Shown here piece by piece: positions 41,190 to 50,322 of a stretch of 64,000 nucleotides of DNA. Both the position numbers and the translations under genes were made by a program. The stretch's first letter is position 1. Each line of letters starts with the position of its first letter. The DNA comes from Desulfobacterales bacterium (GTDB lineage: Bacteria; Desulfobacterota; Desulfobacteria; Desulfobacterales; UBA5852). Under the pieces are notes generated by a model. The model saw only the letters and a list, made by a program, of their open reading frames with translations. It was not told where the DNA came from and did not search any database. The DNA lies in assembly GCA_963674755.2 (NCBI GenBank), contig CAXXVS010000001.1:1216001-1280000 (forward strand), written 5' to 3'.

Positions 41190-42017
41190 ATGTCGATTAT
41201 CATCGTATCTTCGGAAGTGATGGCGTCTGAGAAGCAGACCGCGCAGGCCGTGGCCGAAGCGGTGGGCTACGAATTGCTGGGGCCGGAAATCCTGGACGAT
41301 ATCGCCGCCCACAACGATCTCGCGGCCGACAAGCTGGCCGCTTCCTTGAGCTGCAGTCCCTCGCCGTGGCGGCGCGAAGCCAACAAACGCTGGCTCCGCT
41401 ATCTGGCCAGCATCGAGGCCGGGGTCCTCGATCGACTCAAAGCCGATAACATCGTATGTTGGGGCCTGGCAGCACACATGTTTGTCCGGGGTGTTTCCCA
41501 TGCTTTGAAAGTCCGACTGCTTGTGGATGAACAGCAAGAGGCGAAACAAATTGCCGAAGCGCAGGGCATTTCCGTCAAGAAAGCTCTAAAATCGTTGGAA
41601 AATGAAAAGCGCAATTGCGCACAGTGGTCAGCAGCGGCTTTCGGTCGCAATGAATCCGATCCGGCCATGTACGATCTGGTGATCAACCTGAGCCAAATCG
41701 ATCTCGATGAAGCCGTACGCACCATTTCCAGTGCTGTCGGCTACCGCAAGTTTCAACCCATGACGTATTCTATGAAAACGTTGGCCGAGGGGGCTCTGGC
41801 GGCCCGGGTCAAAGCCCGATTGTTAGCCTCCATGTCGGATGTGCAGGTCGAAGCCAGTGATGGGCGTGTGAAGGTCACCAGCAAAGCCATGAAACGGGAG
41901 CGGCAGAAGAAGGCGGCGGCCATCAAGGCCATGGCCGGCGAGGTGGAGGGGGTCGAATTTGTAGAGGTGCATTTGATCAATTACGTGATTCGCGCGGCGG
42001 CGGAAAGTTTTCGTTAG
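41190..42017 (+). CDS. Second cytidylate-kinase-like protein with a degenerate P-loop and a BON-like C-terminus
   Basis: Paralog of the previous gene (GLAAH, LKVRL, YDLVIN). Tail VQVEASDGRV...VEGVEFV. RBS AAGGAG. Confidence 0.75.
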   Translation: MSIIIVSSEVMASEKQTAQAVAEAVGYELLGPEILDDIAAHNDLAADKLAASLSCSPSPWRREANKRWLRYLASIEAGVLDRLKADNIVCWGLAAHMFVRGVSHALKVRLLVDEQQEAKQIAEAQGISVKKALKSLENEKRNCAQWSAAAFGRNESDPAMYDLVINLSQIDLDEAVRTISSAVGYRKFQPMTYSMKTLAEGALAARVKARLLASMSDVQVEASDGRVKVTSKAMKRERQKKAAAIKAMAGEVEGVEFVEVHLINYVIRAAAESFR

Positions 42018-42070
42018 CCTGCCCATCGCCACGGCGCATGACAACGCCGCTAGCCACCAAGGAGGTTTCC

Positions 42071-42481
42071 ATGTCTGAAAAACTACAGGTATTGCTGCTG
42101 GACGATGAACCCATCGTGGGCAAACGGCTCGGACCGGCCCTGGTCAAGATCGGTTGCGAGGTGGAGGTCTTCCAGGAACCCCTCTCGGCCCTGGCGCGGT
42201 TGAAGCAGAAGGACTTCGACATCGTCGTGACCGATATCCGCATGGAGGAGATGGACGGGATGCAGGTGCTGGAATATGTGAACGCGTCGTCCCCCCGCAC
42301 CAAGGTCATCATGATTACCGGTTATGCCATGATCGCCCTGGCGCGGGAGGCGATGGAGAAGGGGGCTTTTGACTTCATTGCCAAACCCTTCAAGCCGGAC
42401 GATCTGCGCCGCGTCATTGCCCGAGCCGCCCAAGAGCTGGGGACCTCCGTCGATTTTACACCGGCCGGGGAAACGATGTAG
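42071..42481 (+). CDS. Single-domain response regulator
   Basis: LLDDE, TDIRM, ITGYA and AKPF. Confidence 0.9.
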   Translation: MSEKLQVLLLDDEPIVGKRLGPALVKIGCEVEVFQEPLSALARLKQKDFDIVVTDIRMEEMDGMQVLEYVNASSPRTKVIMITGYAMIALAREAMEKGAFDFIAKPFKPDDLRRVIARAAQELGTSVDFTPAGETM

Positions 42482-42516
42482 AATAGCGGCATCGTAAACA
42501 TTTCCAAGGAGACACC

Positions 42517-44091
42517 ATGTCCCAGGATGACTCGGAACCAGGGCCGCGCGCACACAAGGCGGATGCCGGCAACAACATCCGTAAAGTCTATGACCAGATG
42601 GAGATCATCGAAGCAGCCCGGCAAGCGCTTCTGGCCCGCAAACCCTTCAGTGTCAAAACGCAGATTTTTGTCAACAATGCGCTGGTCTTCATCCTCGTCT
42701 TAGGCGTGGCCTGGGTCCTGATCGCCAACATCTACCGCATCCAGAGCCGGTTGCAGTTCCTTGAGTTCGTCAACGAGTTTTCCATCGAAATCCAGCAGGC
42801 CCGGCGCTATGAAAAGAACTTTTTCCTCTACGGCACCAATCTCGATGACGCCCTGGAGAACATCAGCCTGGCCAAGTCTATTTTTGCCGGTAACGCCGAC
42901 CAGTTTGCCTCCATCATGGGAACCGGCCAGCAGCAAAACGTGCGCGTCAAATTGGACACCTATGAGCGTTTGCTGATGGAGCTGAAAGACATTCAGCGCC
43001 GCGATGGGGCCAAGCTGAAAGACGAGCGCTTCATGGGGCAGATCGAGAACCAGCTACGCGAATACGGCAAGGACATTGTTACCACCGCTCAGGGGCTGAT
43101 GGGTAAGGAAAAAGTAGCCCTGGCCAGGACCCTGCAGCATTCCCTGATGATCCATATGATTTCACTGGTGGTGCTGCTCGTGGTTTTGATGATTAACGCC
43201 TACCTTTTGGTGGGACGCATCGTCACCATCCTGACACGCTTTTCCTCCTACGCCCAACGCATCGCCGACGGCGATTTTACACCGATCACGCCCAGCCGCC
43301 AGTACCGGGACGAATTTACCCAACTGGCGCTTGCCATCAACGAGATGATCAAGCAGATCGCCAACCGCGAAGCGGCCCTTGTGCAGATCCACAAGATTCG
43401 TGCCATCGGCACCCTGACGGCCGGCGTGGCCCATGAGTTGAACAACCCCATGAACAATATTTTGTTAACCACCCACATGCTCATCGAGGACAACAGCACC
43501 CTCTCGGAGAGTGAGCGCCTGGAAATGCTGCAGGATGTGGTCGACGAAACGGGAAGGGCCAAAAATATCGTTGGCAATTTGCTCGATTTCGCCAGGGAAA
43601 GCGCCTCGACCATGGAAACCCTGGACCTGGAAAAACTCTTGCAGGATACCATCCGGCTGGCCGAAAACCAGGTACGCATGTCGGGGATCAAGATCGAGTT
43701 GCAGGTGACGGAAAACCTGCCTTCCATTCACGGCGACGGCCAGAAACTGCAGCAGGTATTTCTCAACCTCATCCTCAATGCGGTCGACGCCTCGTCCAAA
43801 GGCAGTAAGATCCAGGTCATCGCATTGCCCCATGGACAGTCCGACCAGGTGGCCATCAAGGTGGTGGACTATGGGCATGGCATTCCCAAACATGTCCTGC
43901 CGTCGATTTTCGATCCCTTTTTCACCACCAAGGCCAAGGGCAAAGGCACCGGCCTGGGGTTGAGCGTTTCCCAGGGGATTGTCGCCAAGCACGGGGGCAA
44001 AATCGCGGTCAGCAGCGAAGAGGGCAGCGGCACGGTTTTTACTGTGAGTTTGCCCGTGACCACATTTCCGAAAAGCATCCATACTTTCTAA
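42517..44091 (+). CDS. Membrane sensor histidine kinase (2 TM, HAMP)
   Basis: GVAHELNNP, NLILNA, DYGHG and PFFTTK..GTGLGL. Confidence 0.92.
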   Translation: MSQDDSEPGPRAHKADAGNNIRKVYDQMEIIEAARQALLARKPFSVKTQIFVNNALVFILVLGVAWVLIANIYRIQSRLQFLEFVNEFSIEIQQARRYEKNFFLYGTNLDDALENISLAKSIFAGNADQFASIMGTGQQQNVRVKLDTYERLLMELKDIQRRDGAKLKDERFMGQIENQLREYGKDIVTTAQGLMGKEKVALARTLQHSLMIHMISLVVLLVVLMINAYLLVGRIVTILTRFSSYAQRIADGDFTPITPSRQYRDEFTQLALAINEMIKQIANREAALVQIHKIRAIGTLTAGVAHELNNPMNNILLTTHMLIEDNSTLSESERLEMLQDVVDETGRAKNIVGNLLDFARESASTMETLDLEKLLQDTIRLAENQVRMSGIKIELQVTENLPSIHGDGQKLQQVFLNLILNAVDASSKGSKIQVIALPHGQSDQVAIKVVDYGHGIPKHVLPSIFDPFFTTKAKGKGTGLGLSVSQGIVAKHGGKIAVSSEEGSGTVFTVSLPVTTFPKSIHTF

Positions 44092-44168
44092 TGCAAATCC
44101 AAGAAAGCTGGGGAGACGCAGCTCGACCTCTGGTCCCAGTAAAATGATATTCACGCACCCTATGCCGT

Positions 44169-44208
44169 AAAAAGGCCCTGCCAGCAAGCTGGCAGGGCCT
44201 TTCATTTT
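44169..44208. terminator. Intrinsic terminator between convergent units
   Basis: aaaggccctgccag-caag-ctggcagggccttt perfect 14-bp stem with A/T flanks. Confidence 0.8.
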
Positions 44209-44311
44209 GGATCCCTGCGGACAACCTTGCCCCGCTTTGGCTATATGCCCAGAGGGAAATGGCATTGACCGATTATAGCGATAGCCGATCTTTCTGTCCG
44301 GAGAGAGACGT

Positions 44312-44418
44312 GTTACCAATGGGGGTTAAAACCCACCCGACATGGAGAAATTCTAAATCCACTGTTGACGCTTAAAACGCGAAATACGTGTCGGGTGTAA
44401 AATGACCCCATTAGTAAC
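44312..44418. repeat. 107-bp element with long imperfect terminal inverted repeats
   Basis: gttaccaatggggg..cacccgaca pairs with tgtcgggtg..accccattagtaac. Confidence 0.6.
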
Positions 44419-44420
44419 TG

Positions 44421-45551
44421 CTATAGGTCATCCAACTTGCGCCAGGCCTGTCGTTTCGTCAATCGCTTGACCGCATTCCAGGCCTCCCGCGATCGGGCCT
44501 GCAGGTCAAGCGTCCCGGTTTTCTTCTCCCAGTTGCCGACCGTTACCGGGCTGACGCCGAGAAGCCTTGCGAATTCACTGCGCGACATGCCGAAACGATC
44601 CCGCAATCCGGCAACGGTCTTGCCGGTAATGGGACGCGTACGGCGATCAGATTGCGGTATGGTTTTGACCGAGGCCTTGGGGGGGACGGATGTCTTCTTG
44701 ACTTGCGCCTTATGTCGTCCGGTTTGTGCCGGGCGCTTCCCTGTTCGCTTAGCCGCCGAAGTAGACGTTTTCTTTCGTTTGGTGGCCGTTTTCTTCCGTC
44801 GTGAGGCGGGCCTTTTCTTGGCGGGAGCCGCATCTTCCGCCATCTCGATGCCGAACACATCCGTCAGGGCCTCGTTGGCGATGCGCCGCCGGCCGCTTTT
44901 GGTTCCCGTAGCAGAGGCCGTTACAGCGGCTTCAGTATTGATCAGCTCTTCATGATCCACGCCCCGCAGCAGGAAAAGTAACTCCGGTGCCTGGTCAAGC
45001 CTTGCGCCCACACCGTAAAGCGCGGCCGCCACATGCTTGCACATGACGGCCCAGTCAGGGCAGCTGCACTCCAGATGGATCTCTTTGGGCAGGGGGAAGA
45101 GCCCCTTGGCACGGTCGGTCACGACGGACATCACATTTTCGGAGAGCCGGCCCTGCAGCAGTTCCAGAAGCGAGCCGATCTGACCGGCGCATCTTTTTTT
45201 CACCGCGTGCCATTTTTTCCGGGGCAACGCCTTGATGGTGATTTCCACCGTGTAGATCTCGGAGCCGCTGACCATGGCGCTGATCCGGCCCTTTTCGATA
45301 TCCAGGTGGCACACCGATCCGTTGCGCACGTAAGTGCGGCCGCGGGGCAAGCGGTTGTCGTAATCGCTGAACGATTCCAGATGATCGCACCAGGCCTGAC
45401 CCCAGAAAGTGTGCGTAATCTTGCGGCCTTCGATTTGCACCGGCTTGATCACGTGGCCCTTTTTGCGCAGCTGCGCCATTTTTTTCAAAGCATGTGCCCG
45501 GCGCATGGCCACCTTAACGTAAGGTTTGAAACCACCATACCAGCTCATCAA
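44421..45551 (-). CDS. SWIM zinc-finger protein with a basic linker and C-terminal XRE-type HTH
   Basis: NRLPRGRTY, CSCPDWAVMCKH (SWIM) and LRDRFGMSRSEFARLLGVSPVTVGNWE (HTH). Confidence 0.85.
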   Translation of the reverse strand: MMSWYGGFKPYVKVAMRRAHALKKMAQLRKKGHVIKPVQIEGRKITHTFWGQAWCDHLESFSDYDNRLPRGRTYVRNGSVCHLDIEKGRISAMVSGSEIYTVEITIKALPRKKWHAVKKRCAGQIGSLLELLQGRLSENVMSVVTDRAKGLFPLPKEIHLECSCPDWAVMCKHVAAALYGVGARLDQAPELLFLLRGVDHEELINTEAAVTASATGTKSGRRRIANEALTDVFGIEMAEDAAPAKKRPASRRKKTATKRKKTSTSAAKRTGKRPAQTGRHKAQVKKTSVPPKASVKTIPQSDRRTRPITGKTVAGLRDRFGMSRSEFARLLGVSPVTVGNWEKKTGTLDLQARSREAWNAVKRLTKRQAWRKLDDL

Positions 45552-45558
45552 GAGGCTC

Positions 45559-48261
45559 CTAAATTTGGGCCCGGTCGATATCCAGGGTCACGGCTTGCAG
45601 CAATTGCGCATCGCTCATCTCCGTCAGCATGGCGTCGGCGCCGGTCTTCAGGATATCGTCGGCAAGGTTCGTTTTTTCCTCGATCAAGGCGTCGATCTTC
45701 TCTTCGATGGTGCCCCGGCAAATAAATTTGTGCACCACCACGTTGCGATGCTGACCGATGCGGAAGGCCCGGTCCGTGGCCTGGTTTTCCACGGCCGGGT
45801 TCCACCAGCGGTCGAAGTGGATCACATGCGAGGCCGCCGTCAGGTTGAGACCCGTGCCACCCGCCTTGAGGGAAAGTACGAAAAACGGCGGTCCGTCTTC
45901 CTGCTGGAACCTGTCGATCAGCGCACGGCGTTTCTTTACCGCGGTTCCGCCGTGCAGGACAAGGCCCTCCTGGCCGAATACGCCGCCGAGAAAGGCGGCG
46001 ATCGGTTCGGTCATCTCACGGAATTGGGTGAACACCAGCACTTTTTCCTGGCGTGATGCAATTTCCTCGCAGATGCGCCCGAGCCGGTCGAACTTGCCGC
46101 TGTAGATGGGTTCGTAGGCGCCGTCGCCGAGAAACTGGCTCGGATGATTGCATATCTGCTTGAAGCGCATCAGAAAGGCCAGCACGAGGCCGCGTCGTCG
46201 GATCCCGTCAAGGCCCTCAAGGGATGCGGCCAGGTCCTTTACCGCCCTGGTATAGAGCGCGGCCTGTTTTTTGGTCAGGCCGCAAAAGGCCCTCATTTCG
46301 GTTTTGTCGGGCAAATCCGTGATGATGCGTTTGTTGGTCTTGAGCCGCCTGAGCACATAGGGGCTGACCAGTTGCCGCAGGGGGGCGTAACGGTCATGGG
46401 GCCGCGTTTCCAGGCTTTTGACGAATTTCTTGAATCGGTTGGCCGAACCGAGCAGGCCCGGGCAGAGAAAATCAAAAAGCGACCACAGATCGGAAAGCCG
46501 GTTTTCCACCGGTGTACCCGTCAGCGCGATCCTGGCATCCGCCCTGAGTAGTTTGACGGTCCTAGTCTGTTGGGCGGCCGGGTTTTTGACGGCCTGGGCT
46601 TCGTCCAGGATAACCAGCCGCCAGTCGATATCGAGCAGCCATTTGTGCCGGGGCAGCATGGCATAGGTGGTCAAAACCACATCGGTGCCCGCAAGAGCCC
46701 CACCGGGCGTTGCCGCCCATGCGGCAAGCCTTGCCGGGTCGGTTTCCGAAGGGTGGATGAACGCGGCCCTGAGGGTCGGTGCAAAGCGCCCGATCTCAGT
46801 CTTCCAGTTCGCTAAAAGCGATGCCGGCAACACCAGAAGCGATGGCCTGGCGCCGCGCGGCCTTTTTTGCTTCAGGGCCAGCAGGAGCGACAGGACCTGA
46901 ATGGTCTTGCCCAGTCCCATGTCGTCCGCCAGGCATGCCCCCAGCCCCAGGTTTGACAAAAACCAGAGCCAATTGAAACCGATTTGCTGATAGGGACGCA
47001 GGGTGCCGCGAAATCCCCTGAGGCGGCGTTCCCCGGGCAATCCGTCGGGATGGCGCAGGTTCGCCAAAACACCGGAAAGCCAAGCCCCTGCGTCGACAAA
47101 AGACCATTCCTGTCCGTCGTCGGCCTTCGCATTATCGGCCGCCAGGTCCGCCGGGGCCCCTGCCAAAAGGCGCATGCCTTCGATAAACGAAATGCCGCCG
47201 CCGGCAGCCTCGGCCTCCACTTGCTTCCAATGGTCAAGGGCCTCGGCCAGTTTTTGCCGGTCAACTTCGATCCACTGCCCTTTCACATAAACCAGGCCGT
47301 CTTCTGCGGCCATGATCTGGCGCCATTCGTCTTCCGTCAGATTCCGGTCTCCCAGGGCAACACCGACCTTGAAGTCCAGCATGGCATCGGCGCCGAAGCG
47401 GCCTTGTTTTTTATCACCGATGGTTACGGCGATTCGCGGGCGGGGGCGTTTGCGCCACCAGTCCGGCAACCGTACCAGAAGTCCGCTTTCTTCGAGCAGG
47501 GGCACATTTTCCAGCAGGCGGTAGGCCTCCTTCGGCGTCCAGGCCAGGGGGTGGAATACATCCCCGGAAGCGACCAATTCCCTTACGAAATCGATTTTCT
47601 CCGAGGCGCGTTGCACCGGGGAGAGCAGGTTGATCAAGGCTTGCTTGTTGCGCTGGCCCGCATATTCCTGGAGGGCTTTGCCCAGGGGCTGGTATTGCAC
47701 GCGGCCGGCCCTGGAAAGGCGCGGCGCGTAGGTGGCCATAAAGGCAAAAGGCAGTTGGGGATCCTGTTTGTTTTCGGCCAGGTGAAAACAGACCCGTCCG
47801 ACCCGATGCCAGATCGACGCATGTGTTTTCAGCCAACCGGCCAGGCCGTCCTTTGAGGCGGCGATCTGCTGGCGCGCCCAGGTGTCCAGCTCCGCCCAAA
47901 GGTCACGCAAAATATCAGCGCTGAGATATTCCGCCCCCTGCATGGGAGGGGTGCCGCGCAGCAGGGCCGCCAGTTCGGATCCATCAGGCGCTTCCAGGGG
48001 CTCGGGGCGGTTTCCGGCAGGCTCGGGTGCGCGGCAGAGCCGGGTCAGGTAGCGGCCGGCGAAATCCCGCCAGAAGGTGAAGGGGGACGGTGGCGGCACA
48101 TCCGGCCGTGTGGCGGCGAGCGTGAAAAGACCCGCCGCCTGGGATGACGCAAAGGCGGCTGCGACCCTCTTCATCCAGGCATCGGGCTCTGGCCCGCCGT
48201 CTTCGTCGCCCTGCCGTAAACGGAGGTGTCCGCTGGGTGTCAGGGAAAGATCATAGTTCAT
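45559..48261 (-). CDS. SNF2-family ATPase/helicase (YwqA/HelZ-like)
   Basis: LRPYQ, LADDMGLGKT, DEAQ, TGTPVEN, LKAGGTGLNL and QATDRAFRIGQ. Start approximate. Confidence 0.92.
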   Translation of the reverse strand: MNYDLSLTPSGHLRLRQGDEDGGPEPDAWMKRVAAAFASSQAAGLFTLAATRPDVPPPSPFTFWRDFAGRYLTRLCRAPEPAGNRPEPLEAPDGSELAALLRGTPPMQGAEYLSADILRDLWAELDTWARQQIAASKDGLAGWLKTHASIWHRVGRVCFHLAENKQDPQLPFAFMATYAPRLSRAGRVQYQPLGKALQEYAGQRNKQALINLLSPVQRASEKIDFVRELVASGDVFHPLAWTPKEAYRLLENVPLLEESGLLVRLPDWWRKRPRPRIAVTIGDKKQGRFGADAMLDFKVGVALGDRNLTEDEWRQIMAAEDGLVYVKGQWIEVDRQKLAEALDHWKQVEAEAAGGGISFIEGMRLLAGAPADLAADNAKADDGQEWSFVDAGAWLSGVLANLRHPDGLPGERRLRGFRGTLRPYQQIGFNWLWFLSNLGLGACLADDMGLGKTIQVLSLLLALKQKRPRGARPSLLVLPASLLANWKTEIGRFAPTLRAAFIHPSETDPARLAAWAATPGGALAGTDVVLTTYAMLPRHKWLLDIDWRLVILDEAQAVKNPAAQQTRTVKLLRADARIALTGTPVENRLSDLWSLFDFLCPGLLGSANRFKKFVKSLETRPHDRYAPLRQLVSPYVLRRLKTNKRIITDLPDKTEMRAFCGLTKKQAALYTRAVKDLAASLEGLDGIRRRGLVLAFLMRFKQICNHPSQFLGDGAYEPIYSGKFDRLGRICEEIASRQEKVLVFTQFREMTEPIAAFLGGVFGQEGLVLHGGTAVKKRRALIDRFQQEDGPPFFVLSLKAGGTGLNLTAASHVIHFDRWWNPAVENQATDRAFRIGQHRNVVVHKFICRGTIEEKIDALIEEKTNLADDILKTGADAMLTEMSDAQLLQAVTLDIDRAQI

Positions 48262-48465
48262 GGCAAAACCCGGAGACCATGCTTTCAGGGAATCGTCAGA
48301 GTTCAATCGTTTGGTCAATCGAACGATGTTTTGCTACTTCTGTTGCCGGGGGTTGTCCCCACAACTAATGCCGAAGACGTAAACAATGCGCCGTTCCGCA
48401 AAATTATCACGTTGGCCGTGAGCCATCAATGTCAATGGCGATCAAACGTCAAATTGGATCAACCC

Positions 48466-48534
48466 ATGGAAATGGAGGATTTCCTGTCGCTGCATGCCGT
48501 GTTTACCGTGGAAGAGCTGGGTCGCTTTCTGAAT
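48466..48534 (+). pseudogene. Possible N-terminal remnant of an AbiEi-like antitoxin/regulator
   Basis: MEMEDFLSLHAVFTVEELGRFL resembles, from memory, AbiEi-type N-termini. The downstream frame looks non-coding. Confidence 0.3.
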
Positions 48535-48781
48535 ATATCATGGGCGAAGGTGAAATTGGGACCGTGGCAGAATTGCCGGGTTGGGAGTTGGTTTGCCCTT
48601 CCACCGGATTTCGCGTGGTTTTGCGCTGTGTGGCGGGAAAAATTCGTTCTGCGGGTTTTTCTACTGGAAGCCGGGGCCAAAATGTCGGGGGGCGGAACCC
48701 AAAACGCCGAAACCGCCGGGCAAGCCTTGGGTCTAGGCGCATGATACAAAATCTTCCTTAAGACCGTTTTGTCGGCAGCTG

Positions 48782-49222
48782 TCAGCTGACCGATATCATC
48801 GCCCCTGCAATCACCAAAACCGCGCCGGCCAGTTTTCGGGCGCTGACCGGGTCCGGCGGGGATTCCAAGATCCCGAAATGACTGACGACGATCGCCATTC
48901 CGACTTGTCCGGCAATCAGCAGGATGAAAAACTTGCGGGCGCCGAGATAGGGGATCAAAAACGTGGTCCCCAAAACGATAAACGCGCTGATGAAGCCAGT
49001 CAGATAGAGATAAACAGGCACCTGGCGGAAGCGGTAAACCGCACCGGTATCGCCGGAAAAAAACAGGATCAGAAGGGACGTGATGAAGGCCACCAGGAAG
49101 AAGGTGACATTGGCGGCGATGGACGACCCCAGATATCGGGATACGGAACTGTTCATGGGTAGGTAGATCGACATGATCATCCCCATGACAAATGCGGCAC
49201 CAATAAACAGAAGTGTTTGCAT
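48782..49222 (-). CDS. DMT-family (DUF606/YdcZ-like) membrane protein
   Basis: Hydrophobic 146 aa with LIPYLG, IAGQ..VSHFG and KLAGAVLVIAG. Confidence 0.8.
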   Translation of the reverse strand: MQTLLFIGAAFVMGMIMSIYLPMNSSVSRYLGSSIAANVTFFLVAFITSLLILFFSGDTGAVYRFRQVPVYLYLTGFISAFIVLGTTFLIPYLGARKFFILLIAGQVGMAIVVSHFGILESPPDPVSARKLAGAVLVIAGAMISVS

Positions 49223-49292
49223 TTTTAATTTCGCTGAAGTGGATGGCGGTTGGCACAATGTTCCGGAAACGGTATGCCCCGGAAGTTTTTAC

Positions 49293-49360
49293 TTGACAAG
49301 GTTATAGTCGTCAGCGCATAAGACGTCAAGTCATCATATGACTATATGAGTTGATGACTA
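49293..49360. promoter_or_regulatory. Divergent sigma70 promoters with a putative GntR/FadR operator
   Basis: Minus strand TTGACG-N17-TATAAC (49329-49301). Plus strand TTGACA at 49293. Inverted repeat agtcatca...tgatgact. TCATCATATGACTA at 49331-49344. Confidence 0.6.
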
Positions 49361-49426
49361 TGGTTGCCCGAAAGCCGATTTTACCCCCTTGGCGCTCACT
49401 ATCAATAGAATAACAGGAGCATAATA

Positions 49427-49867
49427 ATGGATTATTTTACTGGCGGGACTATCGACCGTGTCATTATCGCCTCTCTGACTCCTGGCGATCTCTTTCTGGA
49501 AAGCATCGAGGAGATCATTAAAACAGAGAAAATCGAGACCGGTGTCATCACCTCGGGAATCGGGTCGTTCCGTAAATTCAAGTACCACACCATCACCTGG
49601 ACGGGCATGCCGCCGAAAGACCGTTTTTACGAAGTCGACGGCCCCATCGAGATCGGCGGTATTCAGGGCATGATCGTGGGGGGCGAACCTCACTTGCACA
49701 TCACCTTCAACAACTGCGAAACCGGCGAGACCTCGACGGGACATATAGAATACGGCTGCGAAGTCTGCTACCTGGTCGAATTGTTCATCGAAGTGGTCAA
49801 GGGGGTCAGCATTAAAAAAGAGAAGGATCCCGACAATCCGGGCGTTGTCAAGTTCGTTGCCAAGTAA
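49427..49867 (+). CDS. PPC/DUF296 domain protein
   Basis: LTPGD, SGIGS, EI..IQG, PHLHITF and GHI. Confidence 0.85.
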   Translation: MDYFTGGTIDRVIIASLTPGDLFLESIEEIIKTEKIETGVITSGIGSFRKFKYHTITWTGMPPKDRFYEVDGPIEIGGIQGMIVGGEPHLHITFNNCETGETSTGHIEYGCEVCYLVELFIEVVKGVSIKKEKDPDNPGVVKFVAK

Positions 49868-49964
49868 ATTCCGGGCCGGTTCGCAGCCGGGCATTCCCTT
49901 CAGCCCAGCATACATACAATATGGTTGAGGATGAGTCGGATTAGCTGAGAACCGGCATGGAACA

Positions 49965-50267
49965 GGCGTCGATCCGCAACTGGTGTGCGAGGTTGTTGGC
50001 AGCGGCATCGGCGGAAACGAATATTTTCGATTGTTGTCCAAGGGTATATTGGAGGACACAACCAGCCCCGGAGGGATGGGGCCGCTCTGGAAAGACCTGA
50101 ATATTGCCGTTACATCGGCCCGGGCCCATCATTTGCCGTTGTTGACGGTAACGGCGGCCGCTCAGTATTTTGACATGGCTGTCGCACAAGGGATGGCAAC
50201 AGAAGACAGTGCGCGTCTGATGGACGTCTTGGACGGAATGGTCGGTCAGACAAAAAACCTTGCGTAA
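49965..50267 (+). pseudogene. C-terminal fragment of a beta-hydroxyacid dehydrogenase (3-hydroxyisobutyrate DH/GarR/Hgd family)
   Basis: GVDPQLVCEVV..SG, KDLNIAV..A....PL and G...EDSA. No room upstream for the NAD-binding domain; in-frame TGA at 49932. Confidence 0.6.
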
Positions 50268-50322
50268 CGCTGGGCAAGCCCCGTTTACGCACAATGAGGG
50301 CCTGTCAGAAAAGGAGAAAACA

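Noticed and set aside
44312..44418. Integron attC site, tRNA or SRP RNA
   Set aside because: The GTT/AAC ends are in the opposite order to attC. No T-loop/CCA or SRP GGAA motif, and no integrase nearby.
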